From Longimicrobiales bacterium (lineage in GTDB: Bacteria; Gemmatimonadota; Gemmatimonadetes; Longimicrobiales; Gaopeijiaceae): DNA of 64,000 nucleotides. Every line of letters begins with the position of its first letter. The stretch's first letter is position 1. A model generated the notes under the pieces. It had not been told where the DNA came from. It saw only the letters and a program-made list of their open reading frames with translations, and ran no database searches. Shown in pieces: positions 50,180 to 60,389 of this stretch. Location of the stretch: the NCBI GenBank assembly GCA_965238005.1, contig OZ250165.1, forward strand, positions 2,400,001-2,464,000. The letters run 5' to 3'. The position numbers and the translations under genes are program-made.

Positions 50180-50431
50180 TCAGTGGGTTCCCCCTCCACC
50201 TTCGTCTACCACGACCCTTGCTGCGGCCTGTTCCTGACTGGAGCTGCTCGCACTCAACTCCAGGACCGCCTCACAATGCCCGCAATTCAAACGCCGAGCC
50301 GAACCCACATCCAGGAAGGCACCATCGCGGTGCCCGCAGACGGGGCACGTGTACGAAAACCACGGCTCCGAGGTGCCAGCCCCCTTGGCCCCCTGTCGAT
50401 CCCGTGACCCGCGCAGAGATTCGGGGTCCAT
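50180..50431 (-). CDS. Small zinc-ribbon protein
   Basis: CPVC and CGHC; ATG 3 nt after the gap stop with GAGG RBS. Confidence 0.65.
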   Translation of the reverse strand: MDPESLRGSRDRQGAKGAGTSEPWFSYTCPVCGHRDGAFLDVGSARRLNCGHCEAVLELSASSSSQEQAAARVVVDEGGGGTH

Positions 50432-50434
50432 CGG

Positions 50435-51493
<1,059 letters not shown>

Positions 51494-52237
51494 TTAGACA
51501 TAGGGACAGGCCCGTGCAAAGGTCGATAGAAAGACCTCTGCGGCGCCTGCCTGAACGAGCCCTCGGGCCGCCGCCGACGCGGTGGAGCCGGTGGTCAAGA
51601 CGTCATCCACGAGCAGCACCCGGGCGCCTGAAAGCACGACCACGGCGTCGTCCCTGACCGCAAAGGCCTTCTTGACGTTAGCCCGGCGCTGAGCCGGGTG
51701 CAACCCGACCTGAGTGGGGCCTCCATGGCGCCTTTCGAGGGCCTCCTGAAGTGGCCGGCCCACCTCTTCGGAAACCGCCGAAGCGAGGAGGTGGGCCTGG
51801 TTGTAACCCCTCGATCGCATCCGTCGCCTGGTCGTCGGGACTGGGACCACGAGATAAGGGCCCGAGGCCAGGGGAGGAGGTATCGCGCACCGAGCCATCC
51901 GGGGGCCCATGAAGCCCGCCAGCTCGGCCCAACCACCGTACTTGAGTCCATGGACCAGATCGTCCGCCGGGGGTCTGAGCACCACCGCCGAGCGCGCGCC
52001 CGTCAGCTCCGCACCCCAACCGCCGCACTCCAGGCACACCGGCCCCAGCACGGCCCGCGAGCCGAGGGGATAGCCGCACCGGTCGCAGCGGGGCCAAGGC
52101 GGCTCCCGAAGCCTGGTCCGGCAGCGTCCGCACACCAGCTCCGAGGTGCGCTCCAGAGGAAGGTGGTCTCCACAGCCCAGGCAGGCCGCGGGCAGAAAGA
52201 AGTCGAGCAGTTCACGAGCGAGACTCCCGTGGCTCAT
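51494..52237 (-). CDS. comF: ComF family protein
   Basis: Double zinc ribbon, RGYNQA, LVDDVLTTGST. Confidence 0.92.
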   Translation of the reverse strand: MSHGSLARELLDFFLPAACLGCGDHLPLERTSELVCGRCRTRLREPPWPRCDRCGYPLGSRAVLGPVCLECGGWGAELTGARSAVVLRPPADDLVHGLKYGGWAELAGFMGPRMARCAIPPPLASGPYLVVPVPTTRRRMRSRGYNQAHLLASAVSEEVGRPLQEALERRHGGPTQVGLHPAQRRANVKKAFAVRDDAVVVLSGARVLLVDDVLTTGSTASAAARGLVQAGAAEVFLSTFARACPYV

Positions 52238-53085
52238 GGCGGTGGGTGGCTCGTCCTGGCAGCGGCCAGCGCACGCCTCATGGCGCCCACGGGGCCGGGT
52301 TCTCCCCACCACCTCTCGAAGGCCACCGCTCCCTGTTGCACGAGCATCTCCCCCCCGTCCACGGCTCGAAGCCCGAGGCTCTCGGCCGATTCCACGAACG
52401 AAGTGGTGTCCGAACCATACACCAGATCGATGACGGCACCCGCCCTCGCCAGACGGCCCAGGTCGACTGGGAGCTTATCGCCGGGAGCAAGGCCCAGCCG
52501 CGTCGCGTTCACGACCAGGTCGAAGATGCCGTCGTGCATGGCTCGCGGAGCCTCGGCCACCCGCACCCTCTCTCCGCCGATCCGTCTTGCAACCGTCCGT
52601 GCCCGCTCCGTCGTGCGATTCAGGAGGAGCACATCCTCGACGCCATCGTCCAGGAGTGCCACGAGGGCCGCCCGGGCCGCGCCGCCCGCCCCGAGGAGCA
52701 ACACACGGAATCCCTCGGGAGATCTTCCGAGGAAGTGCTGGAGCGCCCGGCGAAAGCCTTCGACATCGGTGTTGTCGCCGCAGACCTTTCCGTCTCTGCC
52801 CCAGAAGGTGTTGCAGGCCCCCGTACGCCTTACCGCCTCGGACCGCTCATCAAGGAACGAGGCGGCCTTCTCCTTGTGTGGCAGGGTGATGTTCCCCCCT
52901 CCCCCCGCGCGCCCGAGGCCGTGCATGAAGCCCACCAAATCGGGTGCCTCGCACCGGAGGGCCACGTACACGCCATCCACCCCGGCCTCGCGGAATGCGG
53001 CGTTCTGGATCACCGGGGAGAGTGAGTGATCTACCGGATCCCCCAGGAGTGCCAGCACCCGCGTTCTCGAAGTGACCGATGTCAT
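52234..53085 (-). CDS. aroE: Shikimate dehydrogenase
   Basis: HSLSP, N.TLPHK, NTD, GAGGAA, G..ML..Q. Confidence 0.94.
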   Translation of the reverse strand: MTSVTSRTRVLALLGDPVDHSLSPVIQNAAFREAGVDGVYVALRCEAPDLVGFMHGLGRAGGGGNITLPHKEKAASFLDERSEAVRRTGACNTFWGRDGKVCGDNTDVEGFRRALQHFLGRSPEGFRVLLLGAGGAARAALVALLDDGVEDVLLLNRTTERARTVARRIGGERVRVAEAPRAMHDGIFDLVVNATRLGLAPGDKLPVDLGRLARAGAVIDLVYGSDTTSFVESAESLGLRAVDGGEMLVQQGAVAFERWWGEPGPVGAMRRALAAARTSHPPP

Positions 53086-53624
53086 GGGTCGTTTCCCGCT
53101 ATCGATTTCCCGACATCCTCTGACTCCTCCGCAACCTCCAAGTCCCTGGAGTCGCGGTGGAGCCTTGCCACGGCGGCTTCCACCAACTCCTCCAGGATGC
53201 GGAAGCTGTCCCGATAGGCCTCGATGTCGCCAGCGAAGGGATCGGGAACCCCCCAGCCCCGGCCGCTCTCCTGACCCTCGGCGAAGGCCGACAGCATGGC
53301 CGCCTTGCCATGGCCGCCAAGCGCCTCCACCGCCGCCAACTGGTAGGCGCCCATGGTGAGGACGACGTCCGCCCACTCGACCAGCTCCTCGCTCAGAGGG
53401 CTGCTTCGGTGACCTTCGAGATCGAGTCCCTGTTCTGCCGCGGCCTGGACTGCTCCCTCGCTGGCGGTACTCCCTGGGAAGGCGGAGACCCCCGCCGACC
53501 GGGTCTCGGCGTCGTCCCACGCGAGGCGCTCGAGCATACGTTCGGCGATGGCACGGGCCATGGGACTCCGGCAGGTGTTTCCCGTGCACACGAACAAGAG
53601 ACGGAGGCGGGCCCGTTCACTCAC
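53082..53624 (-). CDS. Low-molecular-weight protein phosphatase, YwlE-type (arginine)
   Basis: FVCTGNTCRSPMA and DPF motifs. Confidence 0.88.
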   Translation of the reverse strand: MSERARLRLLFVCTGNTCRSPMARAIAERMLERLAWDDAETRSAGVSAFPGSTASEGAVQAAAEQGLDLEGHRSSPLSEELVEWADVVLTMGAYQLAAVEALGGHGKAAMLSAFAEGQESGRGWGVPDPFAGDIEAYRDSFRILEELVEAAVARLHRDSRDLEVAEESEDVGKSIAGNDP

Positions 53625-54303
53625 TGGACCTGGCCTCGATAACTGGACTGGCCTCGATCTCGGGGAGCACGCAACGAACTCGACCCAGAGGTATGGTGCC
53701 CTGCCGCACCACAACAGCCGCGGCTCCGGAGCAGTCGACGATGGTGGAAGGTGGCGAGGGAGGGAGGGTCCCTCCATCGAGGACCCAGAGCTCCTCGCCC
53801 ACGCCGAGGGCCCGCGCCAACTCCATGGCGCGATGCGCATCCAGCGCCGGTGGCTCGCCCGGCTCGTTGGCACTCGTGGATACGAGCGGCCCATCGAGCC
53901 CTTCGACCAGAGCCTTCACGAGGGGGTGAGGGCTCATCCGAACCGCTACGGCCCCCGATGCGCCACGGACCCCGGGGGGAAAGTGGGCTTCGGGATCAGA
54001 GAGGATCAGGGTGACGGAGCCCGGCCAGAATACGTCTGCGAGCTGAGCCGCCGCCTCCGTCCAGATCAGTTCGTCCACGGTCTCCTTGCGCGGAATCAGA
54101 ATCAGCATGGGCTTCCCGGATTCCCGGCCCTTAAGGGCGGCAAGCCTCGCGACGACATCGTCACTCGGGATTCCCCCGAACCCATAGACGGTCTCGGTGG
54201 GATATGCCAGGAGTCCCCCACCTCTGAGGTGCTCGAGGATGGGCGCGACGTCCAGGTCGTCCACGGGAATCGACCGAAGGTCCAGGAGCCGTGGCCCGCT
54301 CAC
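53617..54303 (-). CDS. tsaC: L-threonylcarbamoyladenylate synthase
   Basis: YPTETVYG, K.R, WPG, STSAN, STIVD. Confidence 0.92.
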   Translation of the reverse strand: MSGPRLLDLRSIPVDDLDVAPILEHLRGGGLLAYPTETVYGFGGIPSDDVVARLAALKGRESGKPMLILIPRKETVDELIWTEAAAQLADVFWPGSVTLILSDPEAHFPPGVRGASGAVAVRMSPHPLVKALVEGLDGPLVSTSANEPGEPPALDAHRAMELARALGVGEELWVLDGGTLPPSPPSTIVDCSGAAAVVVRQGTIPLGRVRCVLPEIEASPVIEARSSE

Positions 54304-55022
54304 GGCGCCCGTCGGGCCAGGACCGACTCCGCCACTTCCAGATCTTCCTGGCGCGTGATCTTCAGGTTCGTGGGCGACGATTCCACCATGACCACCCTGC
54401 CCCCACTCTTCTCGACCAGTGCCGCGTCGTCGGTGGCCGGCCAATCCTCGGCTACCGCCCGCCGATAAGCCTCGAGGATCTGTGCTCCCGGAAAGGCCTG
54501 GGGGGTCTGCGCGTGCCAGAGGCTCGAGCGCTCGGGAGTCCCGGTGACGCTCCCGAATTCATCGACCCGTTTTATGGTGTCCACGGCCGAGAAGCCGGCA
54601 ACGGCCCCCGCGCCGCCCGCGGCCACTTCGATACATCGGGCGATAACCTCGGGCGATACCAGGGGGCGGGCCCCATCATGCACCACGACGACGTCGAGGT
54701 CTGGAGGCAGCGCCTGAAGTCCCGCCCACACCGAGTCGCGGCGGGTCTCGCCCCCCTCGACGACCCGGATGCGATCGTCCCGGTCGGTCAGCCAGGAGGG
54801 GGGTTGCTCCACGTGTTCGGCGGGGAGCGTCACGACGACGACCCGCACGCCCGGGTGAGCAAGAAACGGCTGGACGGCTCGAAGAAGGATGGGCTCGCCG
54901 GCTAGGCTGAGAAACTGCTTGCGCTCCCCGCCCATGCGCCGAGCCATCCCGGCTGCGGGCACCACGATCCCGACGCTGGGGGCCTGCCCCGCCTCCGCAC
55001 CGTCAGCCGAGGGTCCGCTCAC
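54300..55022 (-). CDS. ispD: 2-C-methyl-D-erythritol 4-phosphate cytidylyltransferase
   Basis: PAAG...RM...KQF, VHDGARP, AQTPQ.F, TDD, N.KIT. Confidence 0.95.
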   Translation of the reverse strand: MSGPSADGAEAGQAPSVGIVVPAAGMARRMGGERKQFLSLAGEPILLRAVQPFLAHPGVRVVVVTLPAEHVEQPPSWLTDRDDRIRVVEGGETRRDSVWAGLQALPPDLDVVVVHDGARPLVSPEVIARCIEVAAGGAGAVAGFSAVDTIKRVDEFGSVTGTPERSSLWHAQTPQAFPGAQILEAYRRAVAEDWPATDDAALVEKSGGRVVMVESSPTNLKITRQEDLEVAESVLARRAP

Positions 55023-56434
55023 AGACCGTCGTGCCCGCCTGCCCCCGGGTCGGCCTCGTCCCGCTGCTCGCTGGTCACTGAATCGAAGCGCGTGTACGCT
55101 TTGTGGAAGTACAGGTTCACTACGCCGGTAGGGCCGTTACGCTGCTTTGCGACCATCAGCTCGGACTTCCCCTCCAGAGAGTTTCCGTCCTTGTCCACGG
55201 GGCCAAAGTAGTACTCGGGCCGGTACAGAAACATGACCAGATCGGCATCCTGCTCGATCGACCCACTGTCACGCAGGTCCGACAGTTGAGGCCGCCGATC
55301 CGTCCGCTGCTCCGGAGCCCGGTTGAGTTGGCTAACGGCGATGACGGGAACGTTGAGCTCCCGGGCCAGGGCCTTCAGGCCCCGGGAGATCTCGCTGACC
55401 TCCTGGACCCGGTTCTCCCACCTCGTGTTGCCCGACATGAGCTGCATGTAGTCGATGATCAACAGGCCGAGATCCGTATCGGACTTCAGCCGTCGGGCCT
55501 TGGCCCGCATCTCCAGGATCGTGCTTCCCGGCGAGTCGTCGATCCAAAGCGGAGCGGTGTTGAGGTGCCCAGCCGCCGCCGCGAGACGCTGGTATTCGTC
55601 CGGGCTCAGCTTGCCACGACGGAGCCTTTGGGCATCCACGCGACCCTCGGCACACAGGAAGCGCTGGACTAGCTGCTCCTTCGACATCTCCAGGGAGAAG
55701 ATGGCCACCGTCGTGTTGTGCTCGATGGCCGCGGTCTGCGCCACGTTCAGGACCCAGGAGGTCTTTCCCATCGAGGGCCGGGCGGCCACCACGATCAGGT
55801 CACCCTTCTGCAAGCCCGTTGTCATGCGGTCCAGGTCTCTCAAGCCGGTGGCCACGCCCGTGATTCCCCCGGCGGACTCCTGCAGCCGCTCGATGTGCTC
55901 GAAGGTCGGCCACAGGATCTCCTTGATCCACACGAAGCCCTCCCGGGCGTGGCTCTCGGCTACCCGGAAGACCCGCTGCTCCGCCTGGTCCAGCACCTCC
56001 TCCACGTCCCGCTCACCCTGGTCGTAGACGTCCCGGATGATGTCCGACGCGGCGCCGATGAGCCGCCTTAGGAGCGCCTTGTCCCGGACGATGCGCGCGT
56101 GGTACTCGATGTTGGCCGCCGTCGGCACGGCATCCAACAGCTCCGCCAGATAGGTGGCGCCACCGGCCGATTCGAGCTCGTTCGTCTTCTTGAGCTCTTC
56201 GTTGAGCGTGATCACGTCGACCACGTCGCCGCGCTCGAAGAGGCGGGCCATGGACCGGAACAGGCGCCGGTTGGCCTCCCGGTAGAACATGGAGTCGTCG
56301 ACGACCTCGATGGCCCTGGCGACAGCATCGTTGTCGATGAGCATTCCACCCAGAACCGAGACCTCCGCCTCGAGAGAGTACGGTGGCTGGCGGTCGTACT
56401 CGGGCGCCGCCGCAGGGATCGATGCAGTCTCCAT
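55019..56434 (-). CDS. dnaB: Replicative DNA helicase
   Basis: ARPSMGKT, IDYMQLM, SDLRDSGSIEQDAD, KQRNGP; no intein evident. Confidence 0.97.
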   Translation of the reverse strand: METASIPAAAPEYDRQPPYSLEAEVSVLGGMLIDNDAVARAIEVVDDSMFYREANRRLFRSMARLFERGDVVDVITLNEELKKTNELESAGGATYLAELLDAVPTAANIEYHARIVRDKALLRRLIGAASDIIRDVYDQGERDVEEVLDQAEQRVFRVAESHAREGFVWIKEILWPTFEHIERLQESAGGITGVATGLRDLDRMTTGLQKGDLIVVAARPSMGKTSWVLNVAQTAAIEHNTTVAIFSLEMSKEQLVQRFLCAEGRVDAQRLRRGKLSPDEYQRLAAAAGHLNTAPLWIDDSPGSTILEMRAKARRLKSDTDLGLLIIDYMQLMSGNTRWENRVQEVSEISRGLKALARELNVPVIAVSQLNRAPEQRTDRRPQLSDLRDSGSIEQDADLVMFLYRPEYYFGPVDKDGNSLEGKSELMVAKQRNGPTGVVNLYFHKAYTRFDSVTSEQRDEADPGAGGHDGL

Positions 56435-57216
56435 CAGCTTCCGTCCATTACCTGTCGAAGGAGCTGGAGATCGTCCCATGTGGAGCGGGTCCAGCCCGGG
56501 TTTCGTAGCAGCGCCGCCGGGTGGTAGGTCACCACCAGGGGGACGCCTTGGTAGCTATACACAGAGCCTCGCAGCTTCCCGAGGGGTCGATCGGTCGCCG
56601 TCAGGAGCTGAGCGGCGAAGGTGCCTACGGCCAGAATAACCTCCGGCGCAACCAGCGCAATCTGCCCCTTCAAATACGGCGCACAGAGGTTGATTTCATC
56701 CGCCATGGGATCGCGATTCCCAGGCGGACGACACTTGAGCACGTTGCAGATGTAGACGGACTCCTGCCGCGACAGATCCACCGACGCCAGGATAAGATCG
56801 AGGAGCTTCCCCGCCTGGCCGACGAACGGAAGACCGGTGCGATCCTCGTTGGCGCCGGGGGCCTCTCCCACGACCATGAGGCGCGCGTTGGGATTCCCGT
56901 CGGAGAAGACCACGTTCGTTCTCGTGTGGGCCAGCCGACAGAGCTGGCACACCTCGGCGGTGGCCTTGAGTCCTTCGTAGTCCAAGGCGCCCAGGTCGCG
57001 CGGCTGCGCAGCGGCGCCGTCGTCCGGTTCCCCTGCACCCGCCGGCGGTGAGGCGACGCTCTCCCCCGTCGACCGGGCCATCGCGAGCGCTCCTGCGGTG
57101 GTCGCCAGGACCTGCTTCCTGGAGAGCTCATCCAGGAAGAGTTCCGGCATGCCGAGCTCCTTCTTCTGCCCTAGGAAGCGCACGACTCGTTCGATCTCCC
57201 GGGGGCTACGGCTCAC
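56434..57216 (-). CDS. Uracil-DNA glycosylase, family 4
   Basis: C..C.L, GEAPG..ED..G.PFVG, KCRPP.NR, TYHP. Confidence 0.93.
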   Translation of the reverse strand: MSRSPREIERVVRFLGQKKELGMPELFLDELSRKQVLATTAGALAMARSTGESVASPPAGAGEPDDGAAAQPRDLGALDYEGLKATAEVCQLCRLAHTRTNVVFSDGNPNARLMVVGEAPGANEDRTGLPFVGQAGKLLDLILASVDLSRQESVYICNVLKCRPPGNRDPMADEINLCAPYLKGQIALVAPEVILAVGTFAAQLLTATDRPLGKLRGSVYSYQGVPLVVTYHPAALLRNPGWTRSTWDDLQLLRQVMDGS

Positions 57217-58454
57217 GGGCGGCTCTCCAGGAGGCTCGTGACCCGGTCCAGGATGATCTCGGCCACCTCGTCCTTGCTCAGGAGAGGCAGCTCCTCGTTG
57301 GGCTTCCCCGGGGTGAGCAGGGTCACTCGATTCGTGTCCACCTCAAACCCGGCACCCTCCTCGGTCGCGTCGTTGGCCACGAGCAGGTCGAAGTCCTTCG
57401 TCTCGAGCTTCTTCTGGCCGTTCTCCAACAGGGATCGGGTCTCGAGGGCGAAGCCCACCACGATGGACCCCGTCTTGCGACGCCCCCGGGTTCCCCCGGC
57501 AACGTCGGGATTCTCGGTAAGGCTCAGGGCCAGCTCGGGCCCCACGCCGGCCCGCTTGAGCTTCCCCTCCGATGGATCCGCCGGGCGGAAGTCCGCCACG
57601 GCCGACGCGAAGATGGACACGTCCGCTTCGGGCAGGCCCTCCGACACCTCGTCGAACATCTCCTGGGCCGTCTCCACCCGAAGGACCTCGACCCCGTGCG
57701 GGTCTTGGAGAGCCACCGGCCCGGACACAACCCTGACCTCGGCCCCCCGCCTCCACGCAGCCGCCGCCAGGGCAAAGCCCATGCGGCCTGATGAACGATT
57801 CCCAAGGTAGCGCACCGGATCGATGGCCTCTCGGGTCGGACCCGCCGTCACCAGAACGCGCTTCCCCTCGAGGGGCGAGGGCGTGACCAGGGCACGGCCC
57901 ACCTCTTCGATGATCTCGGCGGGCTCGAGCATTCTCCCAGGCCCCTCCCCCTCGCCGTAGGCCAAGGGGCCCACGGCCGGTCCGGCGATGCGATAGGACG
58001 AGGACTCTCGCAGATGGGCGATGTTGGCCTGGGTCTGGGGATGCGCGAACATGCGATCGTTCATGGATGGACAGAGGACCACTGGGGCACGGGTTGCCAG
58101 AAGCGTGGTCGTGAGGAGGTCGTTGGCGCGTCCCTGGGCGGCCCGTGCCAGGAAGTCGGCCGTGGCCGGCGCCACGCACACCACGTCGGCCTCCCGCCCG
58201 AGTCTGATATGGAGCGCCGCGCCCTCGGCGGAGAAGAGCTCGGTGAGGGCCGGGCGGCCGGTCACACCCTCGAAGGAGAGGGGTTGGATGAACTGCCGGG
58301 CGCCGCGCGTGAGAACGGCATCCACGGTGGCACCGAGACGCGTGAGGTCACGGGCGAGCTGGACGGCCTTGTAGGCCGCGATGCCCCCTGTGACTCCAAG
58401 AACGACCCGGCGTCCCTCCCAAGGACGCCGCGGACCCAATACGCTTCCAGGCAA
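57213..58454 (-). CDS. coaBC: Phosphopantothenoylcysteine decarboxylase/ligase
   Basis: GGIAAYK, PATA, TAGPTRE.IDPVR, N.SSG.MG, GFALET. Confidence 0.96.
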   Translation of the reverse strand: MPGSVLGPRRPWEGRRVVLGVTGGIAAYKAVQLARDLTRLGATVDAVLTRGARQFIQPLSFEGVTGRPALTELFSAEGAALHIRLGREADVVCVAPATADFLARAAQGRANDLLTTTLLATRAPVVLCPSMNDRMFAHPQTQANIAHLRESSSYRIAGPAVGPLAYGEGEGPGRMLEPAEIIEEVGRALVTPSPLEGKRVLVTAGPTREAIDPVRYLGNRSSGRMGFALAAAAWRRGAEVRVVSGPVALQDPHGVEVLRVETAQEMFDEVSEGLPEADVSIFASAVADFRPADPSEGKLKRAGVGPELALSLTENPDVAGGTRGRRKTGSIVVGFALETRSLLENGQKKLETKDFDLLVANDATEEGAGFEVDTNRVTLLTPGKPNEELPLLSKDEVAEIILDRVTSLLESRP

Positions 58455-58491
58455 GGCCCCTCGCTTCTGGCAGACGCCGGGCCGGTGGGGG

Positions 58492-58707
58492 CTATTCCTC
58501 CCGCTTCCGACGCCCTACCAGGCGGAATTCGATCTGTCCGGAGGTGAGTGCCTCCAGCGACTTGGTGGTGAGCTTCTTCTCCTCACCGAGCGGGAGCGTC
58601 TCCCTCGGCAACGCGTTGAGCTCCCGAGCGTACTTCGCTGCCACGAGCACGCCGAGATACTTGCTCTGGGTGTGCTTGGCAGACTCGTCGGGTGTGAATA
58701 CGCGCAT
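58492..58707 (-). CDS. rpoZ: RNA polymerase omega subunit
   Basis: SKY..V.VAAK.AREL; lies between gmk and coaBC. Confidence 0.9.
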   Translation of the reverse strand: MRVFTPDESAKHTQSKYLGVLVAAKYARELNALPRETLPLGEEKKLTTKSLEALTSGQIEFRLVGRRKREE

Positions 58708-58732
58708 CAGCGAACTCCTGGGCGACGCCCTC

Positions 58733-59434
58733 TTACGTTGTTTTCCGGTAAGGACTTAAGGTACTCCAGCTCGGGGCGGAGGTGAAGCCCGCCTCGAGGA
58801 TCTCGTCGATTCGCCCTTGAAGTTGGCGAATCGTGCCGGATAAGTCGATGGCCCGAGAGGCCGGAGATCCCTCGCCGGCGGCGATGGCTCTCACCTCGCC
58901 GACGGCCTGATCCAGATCCTCGTTGACTACCACGTAGTCGAAATCCAGAGCCCGCTCCAGCTCTCCTCGGGCGTTTCGAAGCCTCCGCTTCACGCGCTCG
59001 TCGTCCTCCGTTCCCCTCCCTCTGAGGCGCTCCACGAGGGTATCGGCGGAGGGCGGAAGAACGAAGACGAGGATCGCGTCCGGGACACGGGTCCGCAGCT
59101 GCATGGCACCCTGGACGTCGATGTCCATGACAAGGTGCTGTCCCCGTTCCAACGCCGCGTGGAGGTTCCTTCCCGGGGTGCCGTACATGTGCCCATGCAC
59201 CTCGGCCCACTCCAGCAGCTCCCCGGCGTCCAGCATCACCTGGAAGTCCGACTCTTCTACGAAGTGATAGTGTACGCCGTCCGCCTCGTGCTCCCGGGCC
59301 GGGCGCGTCGTGGCTGAGACCGAGAACACGAAGTCGTCCCATCCTCGGACGAGGGCCTTGGCAATGGACGTCTTCCCCGCCCCGCTGGGGGCGGCCAGAA
59401 CCACCGCTGGGGCTTCGCGGCCGCCCGAGCTCAC
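58733..59434 (-). CDS. gmk: Guanylate kinase
   Basis: APSGAGKT, SVSATTR, YGT, DIDVQG. Confidence 0.96.
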   Translation of the reverse strand: MSSGGREAPAVVLAAPSGAGKTSIAKALVRGWDDFVFSVSATTRPAREHEADGVHYHFVEESDFQVMLDAGELLEWAEVHGHMYGTPGRNLHAALERGQHLVMDIDVQGAMQLRTRVPDAILVFVLPPSADTLVERLRGRGTEDDERVKRRLRNARGELERALDFDYVVVNEDLDQAVGEVRAIAAGEGSPASRAIDLSGTIRQLQGRIDEILEAGFTSAPSWSTLSPYRKTT

Positions 59435-60324
59435 TCCACGTTCTCCAGCTGCTCGCGGAGGCGCTCGATCTCTTCCTTGAGGGAGACCGCCGCCTGACCG
59501 ATCTCCGAGTCGTTGGCCTTGGACCCGACGGTGTTGGCCTCCCGGTGCATCTCCTGGATCACGAACCCCAGGCGCTTGCCCACGGGCTCGGGAGGATCGG
59601 TCGCCAGGGTCTCACGGAAGAGCTCAACGTGAGAGCGGAAGCGAACGAGCTCCTCGTTGATGTCCCACTTCTCGGCCAGGTACGCGATCTCGCGGGCCAG
59701 CCTGTCCTCGTCCACTGGATGGCCTTCCATGAGCTCGGCCACCGCCCCCCGAAGGCGATCCCGCTCTTCGACCAGGCGCTCCGGCGCCCGTCGCTCCATG
59801 AGGCCGAGGTGGGTCTCGATGGCATCCAGTCGCTCCTTCAGATCCGCCTGTAGTCTGGCTCCCTCGGTCTCCCGCATGCCGACCACGGCCCCGGCGGCCG
59901 CCTCAGTGAGCTCCTTGATCACGGCCGTGTCCACGTCGGCAGACCCGCTCGCCGGGTCAGGGGCCCTGAAGATCTCCCCGAAGCGGGCCACGTGGGACAG
60001 CTCCACCGGCCCCTCGAGATCCAGCTCGCTCCTGAGGGTCTCCAAGAGCTCCCGGTAACGCGTGGCCTTGTCCAGATCGAGCTCCGGAAGGGCCTGGTCT
60101 CCGCTCGTGAGGCCGCGGTCCACCGTGAGGGTGTAGGTCACGTGCCCCCGTCCGATGAAGAGGCGCAGCCAGGACTGGATCTCGGTCTCGAGCCGGTCGA
60201 AGCCCGGCGGCGTCCGCAGGCTGGCGTTGAAGAACCGATGGTTGACGGTCCTGATCTCGACACGGACGAGGCCAGCGTCGGTGGCCTCCTCAGCCTCGCC
60301 GAAGCCGGTCATGCTTCGAATCAT
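59431..60324 (-). CDS. yicC: YicC/YloC family endoribonuclease
   Basis: MIRSMTGFG, VNHRF, EELVR..SH, QEM.REANT.GSK, REQ..NVE. Confidence 0.94.
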   Translation of the reverse strand: MIRSMTGFGEAEEATDAGLVRVEIRTVNHRFFNASLRTPPGFDRLETEIQSWLRLFIGRGHVTYTLTVDRGLTSGDQALPELDLDKATRYRELLETLRSELDLEGPVELSHVARFGEIFRAPDPASGSADVDTAVIKELTEAAAGAVVGMRETEGARLQADLKERLDAIETHLGLMERRAPERLVEERDRLRGAVAELMEGHPVDEDRLAREIAYLAEKWDINEELVRFRSHVELFRETLATDPPEPVGKRLGFVIQEMHREANTVGSKANDSEIGQAAVSLKEEIERLREQLENVE

Positions 60325-60389
60325 CTCAGAAAGTCCCTCGTGAATCGCAGAATGTAAGGAGGCGGTCCATCCAATTCCTCACGGTTCAT

